From Octopus sinensis (Eukaryota), in NCBI RefSeq assembly GCF_006345805.1, contig NC_043003.1, positions 25,668,001 through 25,732,000 on the forward strand: a DNA stretch of 64,000 nt, written 5' to 3'. The notes beneath the pieces were generated by a model. That model did no database searches, was not told the origin of the DNA, and saw nothing but the letters and a program-made list of their open reading frames with translations. Of this stretch, positions 37,600-50,476 are shown piece by piece. Numbering within the stretch: position 1 is the stretch's first letter; each line of letters begins with the position of its first letter. The position numbers and the translations under genes were made by a program.

Positions 37600-38940
37600 T
37601 CTAAAGTGCAACCTCTGTTGAAAATTTATTAAATACCGATGATTAAGACATTTTACAGAATTACTGTTTTAACAGTAAAAAAAAAAAAATCCGCTTCCGT
37701 TAATTCATAATTAGCTACACTGAAACAGATTCAAGGCTTTCTGCTTCAGAGGAACTATGCTTGGCAATTGAAAGTATATAACTACAGTTATTTCTGTGTT
37801 AATTTAGCAATCAGTATATACGTACTGATATATATCACAAAACCTCGCTAAGCTAAGTATATATTTATATTTAAGATCTTTAAATTTTAATATTTTATAA
37901 GTCTTATGGTGTAATAATAGTTTTTTATGTAAATATCGTTGTTTATGTAATGATCTAATTATCGTAATTTTCTATAAAAATATTAGATATTAACTCTAAG
38001 TTTATTCGTAAGAATTTACTTAGCGATAGATATGTTGTTTGATAGCAAATATACGAGTTGTTTAAAGTTAGGTTTATGTATATAGATGTATTAATAGCAT
38101 TAATTGTAGTTTTAAATTTCTTATAATTATTATTTTAACTTATATATTATCTTTTTAAATTGATATTTGCTAGGTATATAATTCCCTTTGATAAATATAT
38201 TTATAGTATTTATTTGATACTATATTACTACGAATTGATTATTTCTTTAAGTATTTAAATATAAGGTTTCTGAAAGTTATTATTTAGCCAACGAGATGTA
38301 AAGATAGTTAATTTGCTATAGCGTTCGTTTAAGATTGTTTGTTTGTATTTTTGAAATTAGCTATTTCATCTTTAAATATGAAAAATTAATTTATTAGGTC
38401 TTTATTATATGTGCATATATATCTATTTATAGAGATTATTTTAGATCTTAATTATAATATTTATATACATTTATATATTTTCATTGATAATTTATATATT
38501 ATTTCAATTTTATATTTTTAATAATGTAATAGTTTTTTTTTGTAAAATATTTATGTAATTAGATATTAACTATTACTGATATTAGATTATTGGTGGGTTT
38601 CTTACCTTAAAAATTAATACTTAAAAATTAAAATTAATATTTAACATTATAATCGATGTTTTGATATAATCATAATCGTTAAGTTTCTAGTTTGATAATA
38701 GAGTTTTTTATAAGTAAAATTATTATATTATTTATTTATTAAAAATATTGTTTAAATATTTCTGATTATTTATTAAAATATTACAATTAACCTGAAGATT
38801 GGTTGTAACCATAATTCGAATTATTAATTGAATTTAAATTATTGTTATTCGAATTGGCTACGGGCATGAAACGATCGTAGTGTTTTTACTCTTTATCTTA
38901 TATTAAACTTTTAATACTTTTTGATAGTTATATATATATA

Positions 38941-38983
<43 letters not shown>

Positions 38984-39194
38984 TTTATAAGTTTAAATTA
39001 TTTAAATATTTTTTTATATTTTAACTTTAATTTAAATATTTTAATTTGGAATTCTATATTTTTTTATATTTTATATTTATTTTAATTAATTTTATTTCTA
39101 TGTATTGGCTTATGATTTTTACTGTTTGATTTGCCTAATAGTGGTTTTATCTCTAATTTAACATAATATAATATATATTATATATATATATATA

Positions 39195-39257
<63 letters not shown>

Positions 39258-39666
39258 ATAAGGAAATTAATATCCAAACTCCTAATAAAGATATACCCGT
39301 GTGAAAATAGCTACTGTATTAAAATTATATAAATAAAGAAATATAAATATATATAAAAAATATATGGAAATATGTATAAGTATAAATATAATGTATAAAT
39401 ATATTCGATAGTATAAAAGTTTTGAATCAATTATTTAAAGCATCTTTCGATCGTTTCACAGAAGAGTTGTCCCTATAATGAAATCCTTTATTGATAAGAA
39501 TTTATAGACAACGCTTCTGCTCTTCAGCGATATAAAATATGAATATTGTTTAACATATCGAATGATAGCTTTTTTTAAAATTTGAAGTAAAACTGTAAAA
39601 TGGTGTTTGTTATAAATATAAATTAAAAATTAAAAATTACCTCTTTTGAAGAGAGTCTTTAAATCC

Positions 39667-39697
<31 letters not shown>

Positions 39698-39700
39698 TAT
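37600..39700 (+). other. Extremely AT-rich, T/G-skewed island; possible organelle-like (mt LSU rRNA-like) sequence
   Basis: Composition differs sharply from the flanks; no SINE inside; several weak rRNA-like motifs and stems (see findings). Confidence refers to the organelle interpretation. Confidence 0.3.
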
Positions 39701-39714
39701 ATATATAAAGGAGG

Positions 39715-40020
39715 GAGCAGAGCAGATGCTAGAAACTACAGGTCCATCTCTCTGATCTCACGTGTTAGCAAGACAATGAACGCATTGTCAGAAAAAGGCT
39801 GATCACGTTCCTAGAAGAAAACAACCTTCTCACAAACACGCTTCCGTCCAGGGAGGAGCTGCCCCACACAGTAACTCCAGCACTTTGACTTGGTACTGAA
39901 GCAACAGCTAAACCAGTCAGCTGTAGACGTGATATACCTCGACTTTGTCAAAGCTTTCGACAAGGTTGATCATGGCATGATATGTCACAAGATGCGAAAC
40001 CTTGGTATCACCGGGAAACT
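39715..40020 (+). pseudogene. CR1/Jockey-like LINE reverse transcriptase fragment
   Basis: NYRSISLISRVSKT, FRPGRSC.TQ, VDVIYLDFVKAFDKVDHG, LGITGKL. Confidence 0.85.
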
Positions 40021-40303
40021 ATCTTTCACGCACACCCACACACGCACGCTCACATAAACGCACATCCACATCCGCCCATTCACACACCAGACTGCCCCGA
40101 CTCACTATTGACCAATCCATCTACGCACACGTGCTAAAACACACATACATGCACACACACGCACACAGACTACTCACACACGCACATACACACACAAACA
40201 CACACACATAGTTACCACCATACGCACGCACGCTACCATGAACGCACACACACTCAGTTACGGCCGCTCACACACACGCTACCGTACACAACCCACACGC
40301 TAT

Positions 40304-40338
<35 letters not shown>

Positions 40339-40359
40339 ACATACACACAGATGCCAACC

Positions 40360-40630
40360 ATTGTTCACACTTTCGTGCCTAGAAAGCACTTTCTCTTTGT
40401 CTATCTACTTCCAGTGATTCCAAAATGTAACTATACGTGGACTGTTGGTGATTTTTTTCCTCTGTCTTCCTTTTTCTTTGGACTTCCTCTGTTTCATATT
40501 TCCGAAGAAGAGCTATGCTCGAAACGTAAAACAACCACTCTTTTCCTTCTCTGAGCGTCTTATTAATACTTTGCATGTACTACGTCCTCACGTCGTTGCT
40601 TTTTTCTTGTCTTTTTCTCCCTTTTTTAAT
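40360..40630 (+). mobile_element. Penelope-like terminal fragment with minimal-hammerhead-like motif
   Basis: CCGAAGA-A-GAGC TAT GCTC-GAAA-CGTA at 40502-40528. Confidence 0.5.
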
Positions 40631-41579
40631 TAACTATGTGTGTGAGTGGGTAGGTGTGTGGGTGTGTGCATGTATGAATGTGTGTATGTATGTATATGTA
40701 TATACGTGTACATATACATGTAACCAGAGACAATATCTGCCTTAACACATTAAAAAAAAACAACCAAATCTTTCTGAAATTACATCTCACCGTATTATTA
40801 AAGAAATAAAGAGGAAACATAGAATAATGTAGTCCTAGATATACACAATTTGAATAAAATATGTGATGGTCGCAGCTGGAGATGAATGCATTAAATAATA
40901 TTATGCAACATACCTACTAAAAGCACCGGGCAGAGACAGCTGGAATATCTTTTGATATAAGAATCGTTCGACCAGGGCTGGTCTGAGACTGAGCTAAAAC
41001 ATGTTTTGAGGAAGGCTGTGGGTGCTTGTTCAACATATAGGACAAGATAATTACAACTAGAATGCTTTTTATTATAGGTCTGTGCAACCATGCTCGCATG
41101 GAGCTAAACAACAGCTTTAATTGATTTAATACCTAGAAATAATGCTCTTAGTTACGTGACAAAATGTTTAATTAGTTATGAAAAGTTTGAGAACTTAGCC
41201 AGAGTTAATTATACAAATTCAATAAAATCTAATTATATAAATTTAATGAAAAGTACACAAGACACGTCTATATTTCATCACGTAATTGGCGGTGTCTTCA
41301 TACCAGTTGGTCTTAATCTGCTCCGTAGCGCTATGGGTATTCCGGGGCGCTATGGGTATTCTGATTCTTGATGATCGTGATTTTTCTGATATGTAAAACA
41401 TTTAAACCAGGTATGATATTTATATTTTGATGACAATTTCAAAAAAAGAAAAAAATTATCGGGATCAAAATATTAATTAGATATTTTATTATCAGAAACC
41501 AGAAATGTGCTAGATTATATGAAAATATATATATAGGAAAGAAAAAAAATGGAGCAATAATTAACAATGAGAAGTTGAT

Positions 41580-41617
<38 letters not shown>

Positions 41618-41879
41618 TGCGTGTGTGTGTGTGTGTGTGTTTGTATGTGAATATATATATATATATCTACACTACACCATACGACATTACATATCATATC
41701 ATACATACATAGACACGTCCAGACCTTTCATACACACCACATACTCTCTCATACACACACGCACCCTTATGTTGGGGCGAAGTCATTTGACCCTGTTATC
41801 TCCCCTATTTTCGCTCTTGCGTCTCACGTTTGATCTCTGACTTCTGGCCAGAATCGCCATGTTGAATCGCTAGCTTCTG

Positions 41880-42060
41880 CACGCATTTTTTTCTCTCCTT
41901 GTTTCTCTCCGTGTTTCTTTTCTGTGTATCTTTCTGTTGAAGAGCGTAGGCTCGAAACGTAAAAGACTTGTTTTATTTATATTCCTGAGCCATACTAATA
42001 CAATTGTTTGTTTGTACTCCACCTGCCTTCGTCTTTTGTTTATTTTCATAAAGCTTCCCG
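41880..42060 (+). mobile_element. Penelope-like non-autonomous fragment with minimal-hammerhead-like motif
   Basis: TCTTT-CTGTTGA-A-GAGC GTAG GCTC-GAAA-CGTA-AAAGA at 41929-41966. Confidence 0.55.
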
Positions 42061-42115
42061 TTATGTGTATGTATATATATATGTGTGTGTGTGTGTATGT
42101 ATGTATGTATTTGTA

Positions 42116-42212
<97 letters not shown>

Positions 42213-42214
<2 letters not shown>

Positions 42215-42550
42215 AGACCCCCTTCAGTCATGAATGACCATGGAATTGCATCTAGAAAGTTACCCTCCCGGGCACAAGTCCGGGCAAAGTTGTTTGTGGG
42301 GGCCAGCAGTCGCCTATGCATACCAGCCTCCCCTCTCCACACCACAGATGTTATCCAAGGGAAAGGCAGAGGCCGATATAGCTTGGCACCAGTGAGTGAT
42401 TTCGCAACTCATTTCTACAGCAGAGTTAACTGGAGCAACATGAAATAAAGTGTCTTGCTCAAGAAAACAACACGCAGCCCAGTCCGAGAATCGAACTCAC
42501 AACCTCACGATCGTTAGCTCGACGCTCTAACAACTGAGCCATGCACCTTC
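42213..42550 (-). mobile_element. SINE with head B and a third type of tail
   Basis: Head GAAGGTGCATGGCTCAGTTG...TTGAGCAAGACACTTTATTTC as at 12933-13251; unrelated tail ending TCATGACTGAAGGGGG. Confidence 0.8.
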
Positions 42551-42583
42551 ACATATATATGTATGTATATGTATGTGTATGTG

Positions 42584-42617
<34 letters not shown>

Positions 42618-43559
42618 TGTATGTATGTATATATACTTTATTTTAAGCAGCAGAAAATTCAACAAAATCTGTTACTCTGAGTTTCTCGTTGCCGTTCATC
42701 AGACAGTTTTTGCTAGAATGGAACTTATATATCAATTCAATCTATACTCTTACAAACGCTACACCTTTAAAAAGAAATGGACTTGCTTGATTGGCCCTTT
42801 AGAAAAAACGGTCAATCTTCGAGCGATAAACAAAAAGGTCAAAAATATATGTATATATATATAAAAAAACTTATAAAAATTATAAAATCCGAGGAAAAAA
42901 CCGAGGAAAAAACCTATTGCCGTTAATGAAGACAGTGCAAATTAATGCATAGAAATTAAACCTGTTATAAATACTGCAATACATATTTATATTAAAATCT
43001 ACATATATATATCAACATACACAAAAGGATGCGCGTAAACGCCATACATACATATACAGACGTATGAATATGAATCTAAATATACACATAAAAGCATGTG
43101 TACATATATTCACACAAACCGTCTCGCACGCAAGCTAAAATTCATCTATGTAGCAATTCTCATATACTGAGCAAGGAGGGGGAACGAAAGAAAGGGAAAG
43201 AGAGAAAAAGGAACGAAGGAGGGGTGGGGAAAAAAACTTGTAACGATGTTATTGGCATCTATAGAGACCAGTATACATACACAAGTTTGAATGGATACAT
43301 ATACATACCGTCGTGTATATGTGTGCTTAAGCACAAGCATACTTTCACTTACACATACACAGATACGCATGCTTACAAATACATATGCTTTGCTATACAC
43401 ATACTTATATAAACATTCTAATTTTGACAACATTGCTTTTTTTTAAAAAACATTGCTTTTAAAAATGGGTGCATTAATAAAAATATATAAGTTACAAGTG
43501 CGTTTTTAGGTTTCTGCCAACCAACCAATTCAATGATTTTACAAAGACTTGGTGTACAG

Positions 43560-45598
43560 GAAGTACCTATGCAAATGAATAATTTTCAGTGGGTGCAGCA
43601 CCTATTGGCCCAAGACGACTTTCACCGCTGTGACATGAAAATTGACAAAACCAGGAACTTCCAAGGCCACAGGTTTTACTTCAGAGATTTCCTTCTCCTA
43701 GGTAGATTACCATCCAAGATTAAAGAGTTAACGAAGGGTCAGCGTAGAGAATCTGGTTTGGGGTTTACTCTCAAGAATACATTAGTATCCTCCACTGTAG
43801 AGCTTCCAAGTGGTATATCTGAACGGACCATGTCATGCCGTATTAAACTAACAAAAGATAGGTTTCTTACCGTTGTTAGTATTTATGCACCAACAATGTC
43901 CCATTCTGATGAAACTGTAGGACAGTTTTATGATGATCTTGCACAATTATTGAGGAATGTACCAATTTCTGACAAGTGATCATATTGGGAGATTTCACTG
44001 CAAGAGGTGGAAAGGACTACATTTCATGGCCTATTTTAGGCCAACATAGGATTGGAAAATGTAATAAAAATGCAGTAGCTCTTTTGACGTTTTGTACTGA
44101 GAACAATCTGGTTGTGACCAACACTTCTGTTTAAGCAGAGAAATAAATATAAAACCACCTGGATCTAAGCACTAGCATCTCATAGATTATATTCTGATCA
44201 GAAAACGTGATATGAAAGACGTTTCTAGCGATCAGGCCATGAGAGGAGCAGAGAGCTGGACTGACCATCGTCTAGTGCGTGGAAAAATAGATTTTTCGAT
44301 AATGCCTAAAAATCGACAGTCTGGTCCTAAGGCACCCAAAAAGTTAAATGTTGCAAACTTTAAATTATCGAGCAACCTGCAAAGATTACAAGATGCTATA
44401 GAAAGTATCAATCTTGACCCAAACAATCTATGGGAAGATTTCAAAACAAAAGTATTTCAGGCTGCAAGTTCGGCAGTGGGATTTAAATCACGTAAGTCCA
44501 GTGACTGGTTCTCAGATAGATCAACAGAAATTCATGATCTACTTTTAGATACACTTCTTTCTCACTCCTTGAACCCCAACTCAAACGAAGCTCACAGAAA
44601 GCTGAAAAGGAAAGTGCAAACTGCTCTAAGGAAAATTAAACATTGTGATGATTTTGGCTTGACTATCAACTTGAAAAAAAAACAGTTGTAAAGCATCAAA
44701 CTGCGTGTGGTGCTGTTTGTAAACCTACTAAAATTTTTGTTAAGGGTAAGTTACTTGAGGCTGTCGATTCGTTCATCTACCTTGGAAGCTTTGTACAAAA
44801 TGGCGGAAATCTTGATACAGAAATATATCCGCGAATTCAAAGGGCAAAAGCCTTTGGTGGCTTGGTGTCACGCGTTTGGTGCCAGCGACATATAAATAAG
44901 AATACAAAGCTGGCTCTTTACAAAGCATTTGTCTTACCATCCCTGTTGTATTCTTGTGAAACATGGACTTGTTATGAAAGGCATTTTAAATTGTTAGAAC
45001 AATTCCACCAAAAATGCCCTCATCGCATTTTAAACGTTAAATGGAGTTCTTTTACTTCAAACACAGATATCCTTGCATCAGCAGGCATCACTTCAATTAA
45101 AGATATGATCTCAAGGAACCAATTGAGATGGCGTGGCCATATTGTTTGAATGGTGGATGAACACATGCTGAAACAGCTGTTTTATGGTGAGCTTGCAGAG
45201 GGGAAATGATATCGGCGTAAACCTAAAAAAAGAGGTTTAAGGACGGCATAAGGACTACTATGAAGTCACTTGGAATGAATTCAGAAGACAGAAACCCTTG
45301 CTTCGGATAGAGCTGGATGGCGAAAAAAAGTGTGGAGTGGAGTGAAAGCGTTTGAAGAAACCAGGATAAAGCATGTAAGATTCAAAACAGAACTAAGGAA
45401 GAATGTTACGATCAAGAAGGTGAATGACAATGACCTTTCTGTGCACAGTTTGTGACAGACCATGCCTTTCTTATGCTGGGCTCAAATCTCATTTGGCAAC
45501 CCAGGGAAAACGAACCTCCACCAACTATTCTGCCCATATATCTGTGTACACCTTTGAATGCAGTGTATGCCAGAAGGTTTGCAAATCTAACGGAGGCC
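43560..45598 (+). pseudogene. RTE-clade LINE, internally deleted and frameshifted
   Basis: AP endonuclease (VSIYAPT, GDF, SDH), linker, a jump to HCDDFGLTINLKK, post-RT LLYSCETW...QLRWRGHIV, and two C-terminal CxxC zinc-finger-like motifs. Confidence 0.9.
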
Positions 45599-46269
45599 TC
45601 ATATATATGTATGTGTGTCTGCGTTTGTCCCGCCAACATCGCTTGACAACCGATGCTGGTGTGTTTACGTCTCCGTAACTAAGCAGTTCAACAAAAGAGA
45701 ACGATAGAATAAGTACTAGGCTTACAAAGAATAAGTCCTGGGGTCGATTTGCTCGACTAAAGGCGGTGCTCCAGCATGGCAACAGTCGAATGACTGAAAC
45801 GAGTAAAAGAGTAAAGAGAGTATATACACACACATATATACACACACATATATACATACACGCATACAGACAGACAGACGGACATACATAAATGTGCACG
45901 CATACATACACGTACGCACACACACACACACACACATACACACATGTACATATACAAAACATCATATGCCTTATGCGATGAGATATGAAATGGTTTTGAC
46001 CACGAACGCAATGTTGAGCTGGTGATGGGACTCTTGCCGTCGACGCTCCGCCTTCTAACTCGATACACTCTCGACACTCGTCAGCTGGCAACCAGCATTT
46101 AATGTCTTTACAGACACGTGTATAAGCAGTGCACAGGTGTTTGTACATGAATGGAAGCGATAATTGATTGAGTATATATATTATGTGCATGTGTGTATGT
46201 ATGCTTGCATGTATGTAGGTATGGATGGCTGGCTGGATTTATGTATATACATTTGTATGTGTCTGTGTT

Positions 46270-46326
<57 letters not shown>

Positions 46327-46431
46327 TGTGTTTATATATAAAGCAATCACCCAGAGTAAATGATTTTCTACTAGTCTATTATATTTGGTATGTGTAATTA
46401 TACCTCTGCGTGTGTGTGACTGTTTGTGTTC

Positions 46432-46473
<42 letters not shown>

Positions 46474-46991
46474 AGGGCGTGCGTGTACTAGAAATATTGT
46501 CAATTGTATACCAGAAAAAATCTATAGTTTTTGTGATGCGTATACTGTGTCAATTAACTCTTTCTACTCCACAAACACACACACACCTACGCATCACGTA
46601 CGCACGTACGCCCACACACACACACAGATACACACTCACTCACTCACGAACACACAAATACGCACAAACGCACGCACGAACGCAAACTTCCTTTTCCTTA
46701 CTCCTCTGTTACCTCTTCTTCCCCCGTCCACTTTCTTTACTTTCACTTTCCTTTCTCCTCTTTCTTTTTATGTATTTTTCTTTACTATTTGTAACTACCA
46801 GTATTTATAACTAATATCTATGCTTTGCACTCTTCCTAAACTTTGATATCTGTCTCTCTTATTTGTTTGTTTTTATTCTTTTTCATTTTTTGTGTGTGTC
46901 TCATTTATACTCCTAACAAATATTCACCACCTTTCTTTTGCAGACTTCCCCTCTCACTTTTCACTTCTCTTATCCTTTTTTGTCTCCCTCG

Positions 46992-47033
<42 letters not shown>

Positions 47034-47080
47034 ATACACATACACACACACAGAGATTATATATATATGTATATATATGT

Positions 47081-47118
<38 letters not shown>

Positions 47119-47199
47119 TGGTGTGTGTGTGTGTGTGTGTGTGTATAATGGACACAGGTTCGTGTATCATATAGCTAGCTAGAGGTGATGGCCTCTTAG

Positions 47200-48230
47200 A
47201 GCTAATCAACGGCAGCTTTCGTCCTATATTTATGGACTGCCATATTAGCTTGGCGATAATTATTAATATCCAGCACCGCTGCCGTAGTCTCCTTTAGAGG
47301 GATTTAGAAAGTTTTTATTATACGATAGGAACGACGATAATCCAGAGAGAATTTTAGTGTTTGGCACACAAGCTGGGTGAGATGACCTTGAGCATAATAG
47401 GGATTGGGCTTGTGATGGCACTTTTAAATGCGGCCCAGATATATATTATCAGTTGTTCACGTCACATATTGTCATACGAAATATTAGCATCCCATGTCTT
47501 TATGTTTTGCTGCCTAATAAATCACAGGTAAAGTACAGAAGGCTTTTTAGCGTTTTGAAGGACTTACACCCATCGTTAGAACCCGAAACCTTAATGGTTG
47601 ATTTCCAGAAAGCAATTATCAATGCTCTCTGTTATATATTTCCAATAACAGATATAACAGGTTGTTTCTTTCATATAGCTAAGAATATCTATGGTCACTT
47701 TGTGGATATAGGTTTAAAGTCTCACCATCGAACAGACGCAGAATTTAACAACAAAATCAAATGCTTCACTGCATTAGCATTTCTTCCAGTTTGTGATGTT
47801 ATTGATGGTTTTCTTGAACTAACTGATGATGATGATTTTCCTCAAGAATTTGTATCATATTTTGAAACTCACTATATAAGAGGAGAACGAGCGAAGACTA
47901 AAAATGCAGCCAACGTTTCCTATTCAATTGTGGAATGTTTTCGAAAGAACCCAGAATAATATGATGAGAACAAACAACAGCATAGAAGGCTTCCATAATG
48001 CAAAGCAAAGCTCCATTACTAACATGCAACCAAATTTGTGGAAAATTATTGCGTATTTGAATAAGGAAGAGACCTTAGCGAAAAAGAAAAAGTGTGATTT
48101 AGATCGAGGAGGTGTAGTCCTAATGAAGAAAATATGTACTGATATCAACGAAAGACTTCAACAGAAAACGCTTTCTTACAGTCGGACACAGAAAGCACAT
48201 CATTTACGAAGCATTGCTTGGAATTTGCGC
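47200..48230 (+). pseudogene. MULE (Mutator-like) transposase remnant
   Basis: PCLYVLLPNK, VDFQKAIINA, FP...TGCFFH, LAFLP, YFETHYI, WNV..RTNNSIEGFHN in overlapping frameshifted ORFs 47453-48317. Confidence 0.9.
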
Positions 48231-48779
48231 ACATTTTTAATTAATTTTTGTCAATTTGTAGAGTTTCATATGTTTCAAAATAAATTTATACTTTTTAATC
48301 TATTTTCTAATGTTTGACTCTGAAAATAGGCATGTTATACAATGCTTTTAATAATAAACTCCTATCTATACAAGGCGGGTTTTTTTTCCTTACCAAAATA
48401 TATCAATGTTTGGAACAGAATCAAATGACTCACAGAAGCCGATCCATCACAAACCTATAACCTTCCTCCTTCCCGGGTACTTTTGGGTAATGGTAAAGAA
48501 TGCGGGGAAGAGCATGGCAAAGCTACGGGAGGCGGGGCTAATATAGTTCCAACAAATCAAGAATTTATCGTATATGGTGTTAAATATGCCATTATTTGTC
48601 TTTGATATTTAAATTCATGCCACCGATCACTCTGAACAATTCCTCTCACCTCATTTTTGCTTCTATTACATAGCCATAACTGTTATATCTCAAGCATGTG
48701 TCCCTTGGCAGAATGTATCACGATTTTGTTCACCGTTTTAGTTACCTGTATACCTAAAACAATTATTGAATAGATACCA

Positions 48780-48968
48780 TTTTGGTCCCCTTATCTTTGT
48801 TCTAGTGGCACATAGAACGTGGCACCAACCCTTGGCTAGGCGGACAGGCCAACATTCCCCTTGAGTGGAACACCACCCCGTTGCAGGTTGCCTATTTATA
48901 GCTAAGGGGACTGGAACTACATAAAACGATTGTGAGTGCAACGCCCTAACCACTCGAGCACACATCTT
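48780..48968 (-). mobile_element. Degenerate tRNA-headed SINE (head B-like)
   Basis: GTGCTCGAGTGGTTAGGGCGTTGCACTCACAATCG on the minus strand. Confidence 0.55.
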
Positions 48969-49167
48969 CATAAGGGTGTACATACTCTTATTAAATGTTT
49001 GAAAAGTGTTTCCGTATATCGAACTTATATCGCTCGACTGATTTATAATCTTAATTAGCTTATCTTTCCTTCCTTCCTTCCTTCATTCATTCATTCTTTC
49101 TTTCTTTCCTTCTTTCTGCCTTCCTTTCTTCTTTCCTTCCTTCATTCTTTCTTTAATCTTGTATAAT

Positions 49168-49330
49168 CGCAGGAGTGGCTGTGTGGTAAGTAGCTTGCTT
49201 ACCAACCACATTGTTCCCCATTCCGTCCCACTGCGTGGCACCTTGGACAAGTGTCTTCTACTATAGCTTCGAGCCGACCAAAGCCTTGTGATTGGATTTG
49301 GTAAACGGAAACTGAAAGAAGCCCGTCGTA

Positions 49331-49392
<62 letters not shown>

Positions 49393-49630
49393 GCATGTGT
49401 GTATATGTTTGTGTGTCTGTATTTGTACCCCCAACTTCGCTTGACAACCGATGCTGGTGTGTTTACGTCCCCGTCACTTAGCGGTTCGGCAAGAGAGACC
49501 GATAGAACAAGTAGTATGCTCACAAAGAATAAGTCCTCTGGTCGATTTGCTCGCCTTGGTCAATTTGCTCGACTAAAGGCGGTGCTCCAGCATGGCCGCA
49601 GTCAAATGACTGAAACAAGTAAAAGAATAA
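49168..49630 (+). mobile_element. SINE family C
   Basis: CGCAGGAGTGGCTGTGTGG head through the AAAAGAAT tail. Confidence 0.88.
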
Positions 49631-49801
49631 AAGAAAGAATCTTAACTAGCTTATCTTTCCTTCCTTTCTTCCTTCTTTCTTTCCTTCTTTCCTTCTTTTT
49701 CCTTTCCTACTTTCTTTTTTTTTCTTTCTCGTATCTTCTATTCAGGATAGATTACACAACTTTAAAGATTTAGCTGATATGTATATACATACATACATAC
49801 A

Positions 49802-49835
<34 letters not shown>

Positions 49836-50033
49836 ATATATATATATATATATATATACAAAATGAGAAAATGGAGAAACATACCTAAATCAATCATCAA
49901 CCATCAGATAATACCCAATCAATACTTTATTAAACCATTACACAACAGCAGTTATATTATACATTAATATAGTACAAATATAACAAGACATAGAATAGAA
50001 ATAGAAAATACATTTATATATATTATATATATA

Positions 50034-50095
<62 letters not shown>

Positions 50096-50376
50096 TGTAT
50101 GTATGTATGTAGCAGCTCAACGACATCTTTGTTATTCATTCTGTTGTTGCTTACAAAAGAATTAATAAGTAATACGTTCCAGTAAAACTGTATCGATTCA
50201 ATCAACTAGCTACCCTATTTTCCGCACAACACCAAATATATGGCTTTTTGTCAGAGTTATCAGAGTACTATATGTGGTGTGTGTGTGTGTGTGTGTATGT
50301 ATGCAGTATGTATATATAATATACATATATATATATAATATATATATATATATAATATTATATAATTATATATATA

Positions 50377-50414
<38 letters not shown>

Positions 50415-50476
50415 CACATATATATATATACATATATATATATATGTGTATGTATGTATGTATGTATGTAGATAGA

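Noticed and set aside
38070-39670. Hydrophobic ORF under a stop-reassigned or mitochondrial code
   Set aside because: All three stop codons occur at roughly random frequency, and AT-rich DNA always translates to F/L/I/Y/N/K-rich strings.
41327-41361. Short direct repeat GCGCTATGGGTATTC twice
   Set aside because: Could be an excision footprint or slippage; nothing else supports a feature.
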